A DNA stretch of 64,000 bases from Candidatus Woesearchaeota archaeon (GCA_019323015.1 JAHWHY010000004.1:10907-74906); one strand, 5' to 3'; numbered from the stretch's first letter, positions 54,439 through 63,205 are shown. Program-made: numbers and translations. Notes: generated from the letters alone by a model not told the origin.

Positions 54439-54546
54439 CGCCTGGGACGGGATTTTCGCCCGCTTAGTTCGAGATTCGAACCCGCAGGACCTTGGTAGGT
54501 CAGGGATCCTTAGTCCCTCGCAATTACCAAGTTATGCGACCCAGGC
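54439..54546 (-). tRNA. Class II tRNA with apparent anticodon AAG (Leu box) and discriminator G73; one intron in the T-loop region (54452-54473)
   Basis: Hand fold: GCCTGGG/CCCAGGC acceptor, anticodon stem AGGGA/TCCCT, loop CTAAGGA (anticodon at 54509-54511), variable-arm hairpin GACCT-ACCA-AGGTC, T arm GCGGG-TTCGAAT-[22 nt]-CCCGT. Spliced length is 86 nt. Confidence 0.65.
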
Positions 54547-54582
54547 ATAAGTTTTATATACTTGTAGTGCTTTATTACAAGT

Positions 54583-54610
54583 ACCTTGGTAGGTCCTAAG
54601 TTATGCGACC
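54583..54610 (-). other. tRNA-derived fragment: two 13-nt segments of the adjacent tRNA (variable-arm and D-arm parts) fused with the anticodon arm missing
   Basis: ACCTTGGTAGGTC (= 54488-54500) + CT + AAGTTATGCGACC (= 54529-54541). Lies 37 nt upstream of the tRNA 5' end. Confidence 0.6.
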
Positions 54611-54777
54611 TTGGTTTTCTTTTATTTTTTTTATTTTAAAATCAGTTTCTGAGAAAAAGACAGAGATATTTCCAGAAAACCGAAAGAATTCTGGTTAATC
54701 CAAAAGAATTTTAGTTATACTGCAAAAGAGGCGAAAGAATTTCAAGAAATATGAAAGAAAAAAGATAAATTAAAAGC

Positions 54778-56181
54778 CTATTTCTTAGGCCTTCTTAGCA
54801 TAACAACAACCAATACAATGATTATGATTACAATAACTGCAATCAAAATTCCCAGCAAGCCTAGATAAGCACTAGAGCTTGTGAATGCGCTGTCATCAGA
54901 TGTTCTTACACGAGCACTTGGTGCAGCTGGTTGTGTATCTGGTGTTGTAGGCTGTGTTACAGGCGGTGTTACAATAACTGTGTCATCTGTTGTATCTTCT
55001 TCTGGCTCTTCTACTTCACAAGCATCAATAGCCAAGCTAAATGCCTTGGTATTGCTTGGAGCAATGCCATCAAAGTACGTGTTCAGATAAACAGCATAAA
55101 CACCGTCTTTTGTATCTTCAGGAATATCCAGTGTCAATGAAAGCCTTGTGTAATCATCTTCATCAAGTTCTAGATCAGACTTCTTTGTTGACAAGTCAAG
55201 ATCTGGAATCTCCAGCTCAACAACTACATCATCTTCATCACTTCTTCCCAGGTTGATTATCTTAGCATCAACTTTCAAGCTTCCGCCTTTACAATCCATC
55301 TTTTGAGGATTCATAGCAGTGCTCTTGATCTGTATATCGTGCTTTTCTCTCTCAACCTTAAGGTCAACTTCCCAGATATCTCCGTGCCAAGCGCCGTTTT
55401 CATCCTGGCCAATTGTCCTTATGATCAAGTCATATGTTCCATCATCAACTTCTTCGCTGATGTCAAAATCAAATGACACGTCATCATAGTCATCGGGATC
55501 TGGATCAACAGAATCGTCTTCATCAACTTCAAAGTCGCCATCATCAACTTCGATTTCAACATCTGCATCATCAAAATCAATGTCTCCTGTCAAGTCATCC
55601 TTTGAGTCCTTATCATCAAAATTGTTCTCTACTTCAATATTCATTGCACAGGCAGTGTCTGGCTTTAATTCATCAAATTCAGTTCCATCCTTGACCTTCT
55701 TTGACTTGTCGCCGCACTCAAGAGTTGCTTTCTTAAGCTCAAGCTGGTTAACAGCCTGCATCTTAACATCAATATTCTTTGGTGTGCCAGCTCCAGTAAC
55801 TGTGATTGTTCCTATACTGAAAGCTTTAGGCTGAAGGTAATCTGCAGCATTATCATCTGTTTCAACTGCATTAAAGTCTAGAGGGATATTGCCTTTAACA
55901 GTAACATCAACATAAGAGCCATTTGGTCCAATGCTTGTAATTGGTGATACAGGATTGTACCTTATGTTGTATTTTGTATCTGCAGTGTCTGAGAATGATA
56001 TGCCATTGATAGTTGTGTTTCCATCATTTGTAATCCTAAACTTTGCTGTAACGTTGTCTACTCTGTCTTGGTTTTCGCCACCAATAGTTATGCTAGTGAC
56101 TGAAACCTGAAGCGCTTGCGCACTCGCAGCTATAGTAACTAACATAAAGAGCATCAATACAATTAGTGTGTGTTTTTTCAT
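54778..56181 (-). CDS. Secreted acidic surface protein with a C-terminal PT-rich linker and TM anchor
   Basis: Signal peptide, beta-rich Ig/CARDB-like segments, a highly acidic D/E stretch, a TPPVTQPTTPDTQP linker, then a TM and RRPKK. Confidence 0.6.
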   Translation of the reverse strand: MKKHTLIVLMLFMLVTIAASAQALQVSVTSITIGGENQDRVDNVTAKFRITNDGNTTINGISFSDTADTKYNIRYNPVSPITSIGPNGSYVDVTVKGNIPLDFNAVETDDNAADYLQPKAFSIGTITVTGAGTPKNIDVKMQAVNQLELKKATLECGDKSKKVKDGTEFDELKPDTACAMNIEVENNFDDKDSKDDLTGDIDFDDADVEIEVDDGDFEVDEDDSVDPDPDDYDDVSFDFDISEEVDDGTYDLIIRTIGQDENGAWHGDIWEVDLKVEREKHDIQIKSTAMNPQKMDCKGGSLKVDAKIINLGRSDEDDVVVELEIPDLDLSTKKSDLELDEDDYTRLSLTLDIPEDTKDGVYAVYLNTYFDGIAPSNTKAFSLAIDACEVEEPEEDTTDDTVIVTPPVTQPTTPDTQPAAPSARVRTSDDSAFTSSSAYLGLLGILIAVIVIIIIVLVVVMLRRPKK

Positions 56182-56295
56182 GCCTTATCCCCCCAATTAT
56201 AAGTGTTATTAGTCCATAGTAGTCACATTATATATAAAGGTTATGGTATTTTAACATATATTTTGTAGAATATAGGTATTTTGCTGGAATTTCAC

Positions 56296-56523
56296 TTAAT
56301 GCTCTATCTTGCCTATGCCTGCAAAAATGACTATCAATATAAGAGCTGCAGCAGCAATGATTGTCAACATACCACTAGATGCTGGCGTGACTGTCAAAGA
56401 ACTGACTGCTCCGCCAGTTGCAACACCGCCTGTAATTGCAGCTTTTCTTACAAGAAAGATAGTCAATAATATCGCGAATAACACACCGCCAAAAATCCAT
56501 GCAATTGGAACTGGTTTTTTCAT
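56296..56523 (-). CDS. Small two-TM membrane protein (75 aa)
   Basis: Two hydrophobic helices flanking ITGGVATGGAV. ATGA overlap with the upstream gene. Confidence 0.5.
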   Translation of the reverse strand: MKKPVPIAWIFGGVLFAILLTIFLVRKAAITGGVATGGAVSSLTVTPASSGMLTIIAAAALILIVIFAGIGKIEH

Positions 56524-56915
56524 TCTTCCTCCTCTTTTTGAACCTTTTCAGCCACCTCAATATTTTCCTTAATTACTTCAATATCTTTCTCAGCATCCTT
56601 AATCTCCTGCTCAACATGCTGTATTTTTTCAATTTGCTCTTCATTCAGGTTCTCGTCTTTTTCTTCTAGTTCCTGCACTTCCTTGAGATCTTTCTCAGCC
56701 TGACCCAAGACTTCCTTGTCTTTTTTCAGCTCTTTTTTCTCATCATCTAATTCGTCCATAAGCTCCTTGATGCTCTTCTTGTCATCACCATCATTGCCAA
56801 TTATGATTTCCTTAGCACGCTCTATCGCTTCTTCCATAGTAGCTGCCATATGGAGCTCTTTAAGATTCTGAGCAAGTTGATTCACCTTTTTAGCTGTTTC
56901 AGGGTCCATAAGCAA
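56520..56915 (-). CDS. Acidic coiled-coil protein (131 aa)
   Basis: E/K-rich heptad composition. No catalytic motif. Confidence 0.5.
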   Translation of the reverse strand: MLMDPETAKKVNQLAQNLKELHMAATMEEAIERAKEIIIGNDGDDKKSIKELMDELDDEKKELKKDKEVLGQAEKDLKEVQELEEKDENLNEEQIEKIQHVEQEIKDAEKDIEVIKENIEVAEKVQKEEEE

Positions 56916-56944
56916 GATTTGTTAGTTCAAGTTTATTAATCTTT

Positions 56945-57436
56945 CTAGTCAACAGTAGTTGTATAGAACTCTCCATCAATGTGAAAAGGCCGCTTAGTTT
57001 CTTTCATCAATTCTGCGTGCAGGACCTTGCCTATTAATAGTATATGATCACCAACATCTACTTCTTGCTCAACTTCACACTCAAGCCAGGCAATTGCTTC
57101 CTTGATTCTTGGGCAGTCAATCAATTTTTCAGAAGGGGCTTCTGTGAGGCCAACCTCCTTGAACTCATCCTTCTTAAACTCCTTGCCGCAAGCTATAATT
57201 TTGTCCTTTAACTCATAAGGCATGAAATTAACCACAAAAGCACTAGTGGCACGAATTCTTTCTAAAGCAGGAGCCTGCTTGCTAACCAAGATTATGTATT
57301 TTCTTGGTTCATAAGAAGCAGGAGCGTGCCAGTCAAGAGGAAGGATATCATTAATATGCTCTTCAACACCCATAATTTTTGCAGGACCTCTGCAGGAAAT
57401 AAGAACAGTCTGCCTAGGATTATTTATTCTTACCAT
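56945..57436 (-). CDS. Flavin reductase-like (FMN-binding split-barrel) domain protein
   Basis: NPRQTVLISCRG...DILPLDWHAPASYEPRKYIILV...FVVNF matches the flavin_Reduct domain pattern. Confidence 0.6.
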   Translation of the reverse strand: MVRINNPRQTVLISCRGPAKIMGVEEHINDILPLDWHAPASYEPRKYIILVSKQAPALERIRATSAFVVNFMPYELKDKIIACGKEFKKDEFKEVGLTEAPSEKLIDCPRIKEAIAWLECEVEQEVDVGDHILLIGKVLHAELMKETKRPFHIDGEFYTTTVD

Positions 57437-58214
57437 CTTTAGCCTTAAAGTAATGCGTCAGAATGACTGTTAAACCAGTCAGTAATAATAATAGAACAAT
57501 ACCTATAACATATATAGAAATTCCAACTATCCTAAACAAAGGAATCAACCAGTCTGTATTAAATGGTATAGAGATAACTTCTATTGCAATAACAGGGGCA
57601 GCAGCAAAACAAGCCAATTTAATGGTCTTAACCCACTTTTTCCTGTACTGCGTGAGGTCTAATAACAAGAATGTTAAAGTTCCTATTATCAGGATTAACA
57701 AGAAATACTTTATCCACAAAGCAATGAAAGAGTAGAAGACAATTGAAGGAAGGATGAAAATTATGAATAAAGCCAACACCTGGCTGACAATAGGCCTGTT
57801 CTTTGTAGGTTCTAGCAACTGTTTTGTACCGACTTTTTCAGTTCCTTTCAATAAACTGTATAAAACATAATCTTTAGTGATAATAACCCTTTGAGTCGTC
57901 GGCTTGACATCCTCTCCAGTCATGTCAATTGTCAAGACCGGCTTTTTCTCAGGAATATGAATCGCAGAATTCATGTCAACAGAACCAGAGACATTAATTG
58001 CATCAAACTTAGACATCTGCTCTGAAACAAAACCAGTCAATCTTCCAACCTGCGGAGCATAACAAACCATCATAATTACAAATGCAAAAGCAAGAATCAT
58101 AGTGAAATAACCAACACAATGGCCAAAAGAACGATTAGTGTACTTATCTAATTTTCTAGGATTAAAGGAATGCACTATTTCTTTGATGAACTCTGGCGTT
58201 TTCATGTTTTTCAC
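57420..58214 (-). CDS. Polytopic membrane protein (264 aa)
   Basis: One N-terminal TM plus four or five C-terminal TM helices. No catalytic motif. Confidence 0.5.
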   Translation of the reverse strand: MKNMKTPEFIKEIVHSFNPRKLDKYTNRSFGHCVGYFTMILAFAFVIMMVCYAPQVGRLTGFVSEQMSKFDAINVSGSVDMNSAIHIPEKKPVLTIDMTGEDVKPTTQRVIITKDYVLYSLLKGTEKVGTKQLLEPTKNRPIVSQVLALFIIFILPSIVFYSFIALWIKYFLLILIIGTLTFLLLDLTQYRKKWVKTIKLACFAAAPVIAIEVISIPFNTDWLIPLFRIVGISIYVIGIVLLLLLTGLTVILTHYFKAKDGKNK

Positions 58215-58232
58215 ATAGAATATAACTTGTAT

Positions 58233-58643
58233 TTAAGGATTTCTTTTAGCAGCAACACTCAAGCCCTGCAAAGTAACATTCATGGCTAACAAACGATGGT
58301 CAATCTGCTGAATTATCGGGTGAATGTGCGTGAGTATTAGGTTGTGGGTGATATTCGGGTCAACATGCTGCGACCTGACCTTGGTTTCATGAGCCTGCTG
58401 CAAGTCACCTATTGCCAAGACTAGCGAATTAAAATGCTCTTTTAACAAAGAATGAAGTTTTGCATCAAGAAAATCAAATCTATCTGAAACCTCAGGAGTG
58501 TAGGCGTCTAATAATTGTTTTTTTGCAGAAGTGATGCTCTTTTGCAATTGCTCTGCATGAGGTTTATCTTTGCATTCCTTATACTCAGAAGTAAAAGAAC
58601 TAATACTATCTAACACCTCTTTTATTCTCACTATATTCTGCAT
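58233..58643 (-). CDS. Hypothetical helical protein (136 aa)
   Basis: ORF with coding-like composition. No motif. Confidence 0.45.
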   Translation of the reverse strand: MQNIVRIKEVLDSISSFTSEYKECKDKPHAEQLQKSITSAKKQLLDAYTPEVSDRFDFLDAKLHSLLKEHFNSLVLAIGDLQQAHETKVRSQHVDPNITHNLILTHIHPIIQQIDHRLLAMNVTLQGLSVAAKRNP

Positions 58644-58682
58644 TGTGTACTGATTTATTATTTAAGTATAAAAATCTTGTCC

Positions 58683-60164
58683 TTAATGTCTCTTATTCAC
58701 TTTACTTGTGATTTTCTCAAAATGCAATCCAAGAACTGCAAGCTCAACTGCGGTGGGAAACGCCCTTCTTTTAATTATGCTAGTTTTCAGGATAAGCTTC
58801 CAGTACCGCAGACGGGAATTAGACAATATACCTATGCTCCAAATGCTTCTGAGAAATGCTTTGACATCTTTTCTGGAAATCCTTGTTCTTACAGTCGGTT
58901 TATAATACTTGATGAATGTGTCAATCCTTTGATAATACTGTTTTGGGGAATAGATTGTTGAAAGAATCTTTTTGTACCCTTGCATGAGCTTTTCTTTGCC
59001 CATTTTTGGAATAAAGTTCAAACTGCCGTCTGTATTTTCTCCAGAAGTATCTTGTAACAGCCTACCTTCTGCTTTTAACCTGTGCCAGAGCCTTGTCTGC
59101 GGCAGGGCATTAAGCATGCCAACCATTGCCGTGACAACACCTGTCTGCTGTATGAATTTAATCTGTGCATCAAATATATTATCCGTATCGCTGTCAAAAC
59201 CAACAATAAAACCACCCATTACCTGCATACCATTTCTGTGGATTGTTTTAACAGACTCTGCAAGATCTCTTGTTACATTCTGCATCTTGCCGCACTCCTT
59301 TAAGCTATCTATGCAAGGAGTCTCAATGCCAAGGAAAACCTTGAAAAAATTCGCAGCACTCATCAACTGCATTAACTCCTGGTCATCTGCCAAATTCGTG
59401 CTTGCTTCTGTGTACAATTGGAATGGATACTTGTGTTCTTTCTGCCATTTTATCAAATGCACAAGCATTTTTTTGACTTCTTCTTTCTTGCCAATAAAAT
59501 TATCATCAACAATAAACAACTGGCCGCGCCAGCCAGCATCATATACTGACTGGATTTCTTTTATCATCTGCTCAGGTGTTTTTGTCCTTGGAATCCTGCC
59601 ATTCATTATCACAATATCACAGAACTCGCAATTAAAAGGACAACCTCTTGAGTACTGAATAGACATGGAAACATAATCCTTGAAATCAATCAAAGACCAC
59701 AATGGAACCGGTGTTTCTTTGATGTCTGGCCGTTTATCTGAAGTGTAAATTGATTTAGGAATTCCGCTTTTCAAATCTTCTAGAAATAATGGCAGGGTGA
59801 TTTCTGCTTCATTAAGAACAAAATGATCCACGCCCTTGAATTTTTCATGCTGTGTTGTAAAAGCAGGCCCTCCTGCAATCACTTTTTTCCCTTTATCCTT
59901 GCATCTTTTGATGATTTCTCTCGCACTTTCTTTCTGAACAAGCATGGCTCCGATGAGAATAATATCTGCCCATTCGATTTGTTGATCTGTTAATTCACGT
60001 ATGTTAACATCTATGAGCTTTTTATTCCAGTTTTCAGGAAGCATTGCAGCAACAGTCAATAGCCCTAAAGGTGGAAACGCTGCTTTCTTAGAAACAAACT
60101 TTAAGACGTGCTTAAAACTCCAGAAAGTGTCAGGGTATTTTGGATAAACCAAAAGCGCATTCAT
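58683..60164 (-). CDS. B12-binding-domain radical SAM protein (class B rSAM, DUF4070-type C-terminus)
   Basis: N-terminal cobalamin-binding-like Rossmann region (PPLGLLTVAAML...ILIGAM) and the radical SAM cluster motif SRGCPFNCEFCD. Confidence 0.8.
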   Translation of the reverse strand: MNALLVYPKYPDTFWSFKHVLKFVSKKAAFPPLGLLTVAAMLPENWNKKLIDVNIRELTDQQIEWADIILIGAMLVQKESAREIIKRCKDKGKKVIAGGPAFTTQHEKFKGVDHFVLNEAEITLPLFLEDLKSGIPKSIYTSDKRPDIKETPVPLWSLIDFKDYVSMSIQYSRGCPFNCEFCDIVIMNGRIPRTKTPEQMIKEIQSVYDAGWRGQLFIVDDNFIGKKEEVKKMLVHLIKWQKEHKYPFQLYTEASTNLADDQELMQLMSAANFFKVFLGIETPCIDSLKECGKMQNVTRDLAESVKTIHRNGMQVMGGFIVGFDSDTDNIFDAQIKFIQQTGVVTAMVGMLNALPQTRLWHRLKAEGRLLQDTSGENTDGSLNFIPKMGKEKLMQGYKKILSTIYSPKQYYQRIDTFIKYYKPTVRTRISRKDVKAFLRSIWSIGILSNSRLRYWKLILKTSIIKRRAFPTAVELAVLGLHFEKITSKVNKRH

Positions 60165-60187
60165 TACTTCACCTTAGCAGCATCTTA

Positions 60188-60664
60188 TTAAAGTTTTAAT
60201 ATAAAAATCTTGTCCTTGTTTTCGTCAATTTCCTTTTCTACCTGAAATACTTCTTTTATTTTTCCAATAATCTGATCTGCATTATTTGCTTTCTTTAGAA
60301 CTGTCAATGCGAATTTATCTTTTCCAACACGCTTGATTTCTTTTAGTCCTGCTTCTATGTCGCCGAAATTGTGGATGCTTGTTACTGCAATGACCACATC
60401 AAATTCATTATCTTCAAAAGGAAGAGATTCTGCTTTTGCCTTTATTGTCTTGAAAGGCGCTTGTTCTAATAATTTTTCAGCAGGGTCTATTCCTGTGATG
60501 TTGCAGTCAAAAACTTTTGCAGAAAGACCTGTTCCGCAGCCGACATCCAAGAGTTTTGTGTCTTTAGTTGTTTTTATTTCATTAGCTATTATCCTGAGTT
60601 TCTTGAGCTGCTCTTCTCCATGAAGCTCGTTATACCCCTCTGCTGTTTCGTCGTAGTAATTCAT
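60188..60664 (-). CDS. Class I SAM-dependent methyltransferase
   Basis: Motif I LLDVGCGTGLSA and motif post-II FDVVIAV. Confidence 0.8.
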   Translation of the reverse strand: MNYYDETAEGYNELHGEEQLKKLRIIANEIKTTKDTKLLDVGCGTGLSAKVFDCNITGIDPAEKLLEQAPFKTIKAKAESLPFEDNEFDVVIAVTSIHNFGDIEAGLKEIKRVGKDKFALTVLKKANNADQIIGKIKEVFQVEKEIDENKDKIFILKL

Positions 60665-61269
60665 TTTATGCGCCTAATCCTTTTTGGTTTATTGTCCCAG
60701 AGAACCTTTATTATTTCACAATTATCTATGCACTTGTTAAAAACAAGGTCGCGAACACTCTTGCCCTGAAATTCAAGCAAAAGACAGAGCAAGACCCCTC
60801 CGTGGGTTATCACTAAGATTTTTTCTCCAGGCTTGTGCTGCTGCATCATCCTGTTGAAACCTTTGATAACTCTTTGATATAATTCCCGGACAGATTCCCC
60901 GCCAGGAGGACGCCAATCCAGGCGTTCAGAGGATGTCATATCTTTTTTTATCTCTGGAAACAATGCTCTTTGTTTTTTGCGAGAGAGACCCTCCATTGCA
61001 CCGCTTTTAATCTCTACAAATTCCTGCCAATTAACTAATTTAGAAGATGGATGATGCTTTAATATCCTCTTTGCAGTTTGTCTAGCCCTAAATAAAGGAG
61101 AACAATAAATTCTTGCTAAAGGAATGTCTTTGAAAAATTCTGCAATTTTCTCAGACTGTTTTATGCCTTTTTCAGTCAACCTTGTAGCGCTATGGCCTTG
61201 AGTAATGTTCTTAACATTCCAGAAAGTTTCGCCATGGCGTACAAGATAAACAGTGATGTATTTTGCCAT
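60661..61269 (-). CDS. Histidine phosphatase superfamily protein (PGAM/CobC-like)
   Basis: VYLVRHGETFWN and a distal ITHGGVL. 4-nt overlap with the methyltransferase gene. Confidence 0.75.
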   Translation of the reverse strand: MAKYITVYLVRHGETFWNVKNITQGHSATRLTEKGIKQSEKIAEFFKDIPLARIYCSPLFRARQTAKRILKHHPSSKLVNWQEFVEIKSGAMEGLSRKKQRALFPEIKKDMTSSERLDWRPPGGESVRELYQRVIKGFNRMMQQHKPGEKILVITHGGVLLCLLLEFQGKSVRDLVFNKCIDNCEIIKVLWDNKPKRIRRIK

Positions 61270-61321
61270 ATCTAGCTTTAAAACGCATCAATTTAAATAC
61301 TTTGTTGAATACTCTTCAGTC

Positions 61322-62098
61322 ATGGAAGTTCAAGATAAATTAAAAGAATTAACAGGAAAGAAACAGATTAAACTAGTTGAGTCAGGAGACCATGCAATAC
61401 TCTCTGTACTGAAGTTCTGCAAGAGCATTGGGAAAGAAAAAGTATTGATACAAGACCAAGGCGGATGGCTGACTTACAGAGATTATCCAAAAAAAGTTGG
61501 GCTTGAGAAAGCAGAATTGAAGACAGACTATGGGATTCTTGACCTTGATGATTTGAAAGAAAAAGCAGATGAGAAATCAGTCTTGCTTATCAATTCACTA
61601 AATGGATATTTTTCAGAGCAGCCAATGCAGGAGATTGCAGAGATTTGTGCTGAGAAGAAATGTTTGCTTGTGAATGACGCTTCTGGGAGTATCGGCACAG
61701 ATATTGGAAAAATAGGGGATATAATGCTCTGCAGTTTCGGCAAAGACAAGCCAGTAAACCTGCATTACGGCGGATTCATTGCATATGATTCAGGAGAATT
61801 TGAAGGAGAATTTGATGATTCCAAACTGTCTGCGCTTAGTGATGAGCTGGACAAATTATTTGCAAAACTGCTTGCATGGGAAACAAGAAATGCCCAAATA
61901 AAAGAGGACCTAAAGGATTTTGATATAATACATCGCGAGAGCAAAGGAATAAATGTTATTGTGAAATTTTCCAGTGAAGAAGAGAAAGAAAAAATACTGG
62001 AGTATTGCAAAGAGAATGATTTGCCTTATACAATATGCCCTCGATATATTCGGGTCAATTGTGACGCTGTTTCTATAGAAGTCAAAAGATGCCACTAA
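61322..62098 (+). CDS. Short PLP-dependent-transferase-like protein (DegT/aminotransferase fold type I-like)
   Basis: LLVNDASGSIG and CSFGKDKPVNLHYGGFI resemble the D-x-A and SF-x-x-x-K (PLP lysine) blocks of DegT-family enzymes. Start at the ATG at 61322 avoids overlap with the divergent gene. Confidence 0.4.
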   Translation: MEVQDKLKELTGKKQIKLVESGDHAILSVLKFCKSIGKEKVLIQDQGGWLTYRDYPKKVGLEKAELKTDYGILDLDDLKEKADEKSVLLINSLNGYFSEQPMQEIAEICAEKKCLLVNDASGSIGTDIGKIGDIMLCSFGKDKPVNLHYGGFIAYDSGEFEGEFDDSKLSALSDELDKLFAKLLAWETRNAQIKEDLKDFDIIHRESKGINVIVKFSSEEEKEKILEYCKENDLPYTICPRYIRVNCDAVSIEVKRCH

Positions 62099-62151
62099 TT
62101 AGTGATTAATAAAGCACAATCTTTTTAAAGCATGGCCTTTTGAATACTGTC

Positions 62152-62619
62152 ATGACAACAGAAAGCTTTTTAATTTCAGGAAATTTAATGTATTCTATGG
62201 AAGGCTGGGAGGAAAGGACTTGGAACGATGTTTATGCAGAGCATACACCCATAGTTAAAAAAGCCCTGCAAGAAGATGAACTGACACACCATGTTTCTGA
62301 GCATCCTTCTGATGTTGTGGATTTGGTTGTGAGTGACTGTGCAGATGGCCTTAAAAAAATTGTTGATGATTACAGATTAACACAAAAAAAAGGGGCAGCA
62401 CCAGGCGATGTTGACTGGGCTGAATTTGTTTTCTATAGTCTTGATAGCACAAAAATTAGAGAAGTTTTAAGTGAAGATCCTGTGCTTCAAGAGAAGCTTG
62501 GAGACGACCATGAAATGACTGCGATTAATTGCGCTTTAGTCGTGAGCGAGAAATATGCAGAATTTGTTAACGAAAGAACACTGGCTACACGAGCTAACGG
62601 ATATCAGAGTGGCGAATAA
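62152..62619 (+). CDS. Hypothetical protein, paralog family member 1
   Basis: Shares W.D.Y.E...(D)W.(E/D)FVF...L..D..L......E.....(V/I)...Y..(F/L)(V/L)N.RT with the 63286-63708 product. Confidence 0.55.
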   Translation: MTTESFLISGNLMYSMEGWEERTWNDVYAEHTPIVKKALQEDELTHHVSEHPSDVVDLVVSDCADGLKKIVDDYRLTQKKGAAPGDVDWAEFVFYSLDSTKIREVLSEDPVLQEKLGDDHEMTAINCALVVSEKYAEFVNERTLATRANGYQSGE

Positions 62620-63205
62620 CAAAGATATACAACAATACTTCGTCTGGATGCTCTGATTCATACTTTTTTATTTCCTGATTGATTTGTTCAACTTCTTTTT
62701 CTGATAAGTAGTATTTTCCCGGGTCTTTTTCTAATAAATTAGCAGAAGTTAAAGTTACGAAATCCTTGAAAAAGAATTTTGCACGGGGTTTAGTGACAAG
62801 TTTCACTTCTTTTTTTTCTTTAGATTCCTCTACTTTGGGCTTGTTTTGATTATAAAACTGTATATAATAACCTGCTGGAAGAGCCACAAAATGCTCATCC
62901 TTGTTTCTTGGTATCTGCTGAACTGCAAGCCTAAAAAGCTGATTAAATTCAGGAAGATTAATAGTTGCATTATCTGTTCTCTTTAAAACAGTGTAATCAT
63001 TCTTATCATTTGCAGTTCCAAGAACGTGTTTTGTAAAGCAGGCAGTATAATCTGCATTAGGGAAAACAATAACGCCAAAAGTCTTTTTTTTAATTAAAAC
63101 AAATTTCCCTTTTTTTGCAAGTTTTCTTGCTTTTTTAATATCTGCAGGAATTTTCTCGTTTTTTGTGAATTCCTTTACGCCTGCAGGCAGTATTATATAA
63201 CCCAT
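62594..63205 (-). CDS. Hypothetical protein (203 aa)
   Basis: ORF with coding-like composition. No motif. Confidence 0.5.
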   Translation of the reverse strand: MGYIILPAGVKEFTKNEKIPADIKKARKLAKKGKFVLIKKKTFGVIVFPNADYTACFTKHVLGTANDKNDYTVLKRTDNATINLPEFNQLFRLAVQQIPRNKDEHFVALPAGYYIQFYNQNKPKVEESKEKKEVKLVTKPRAKFFFKDFVTLTSANLLEKDPGKYYLSEKEVEQINQEIKKYESEHPDEVLLYIFVIRHSDIR

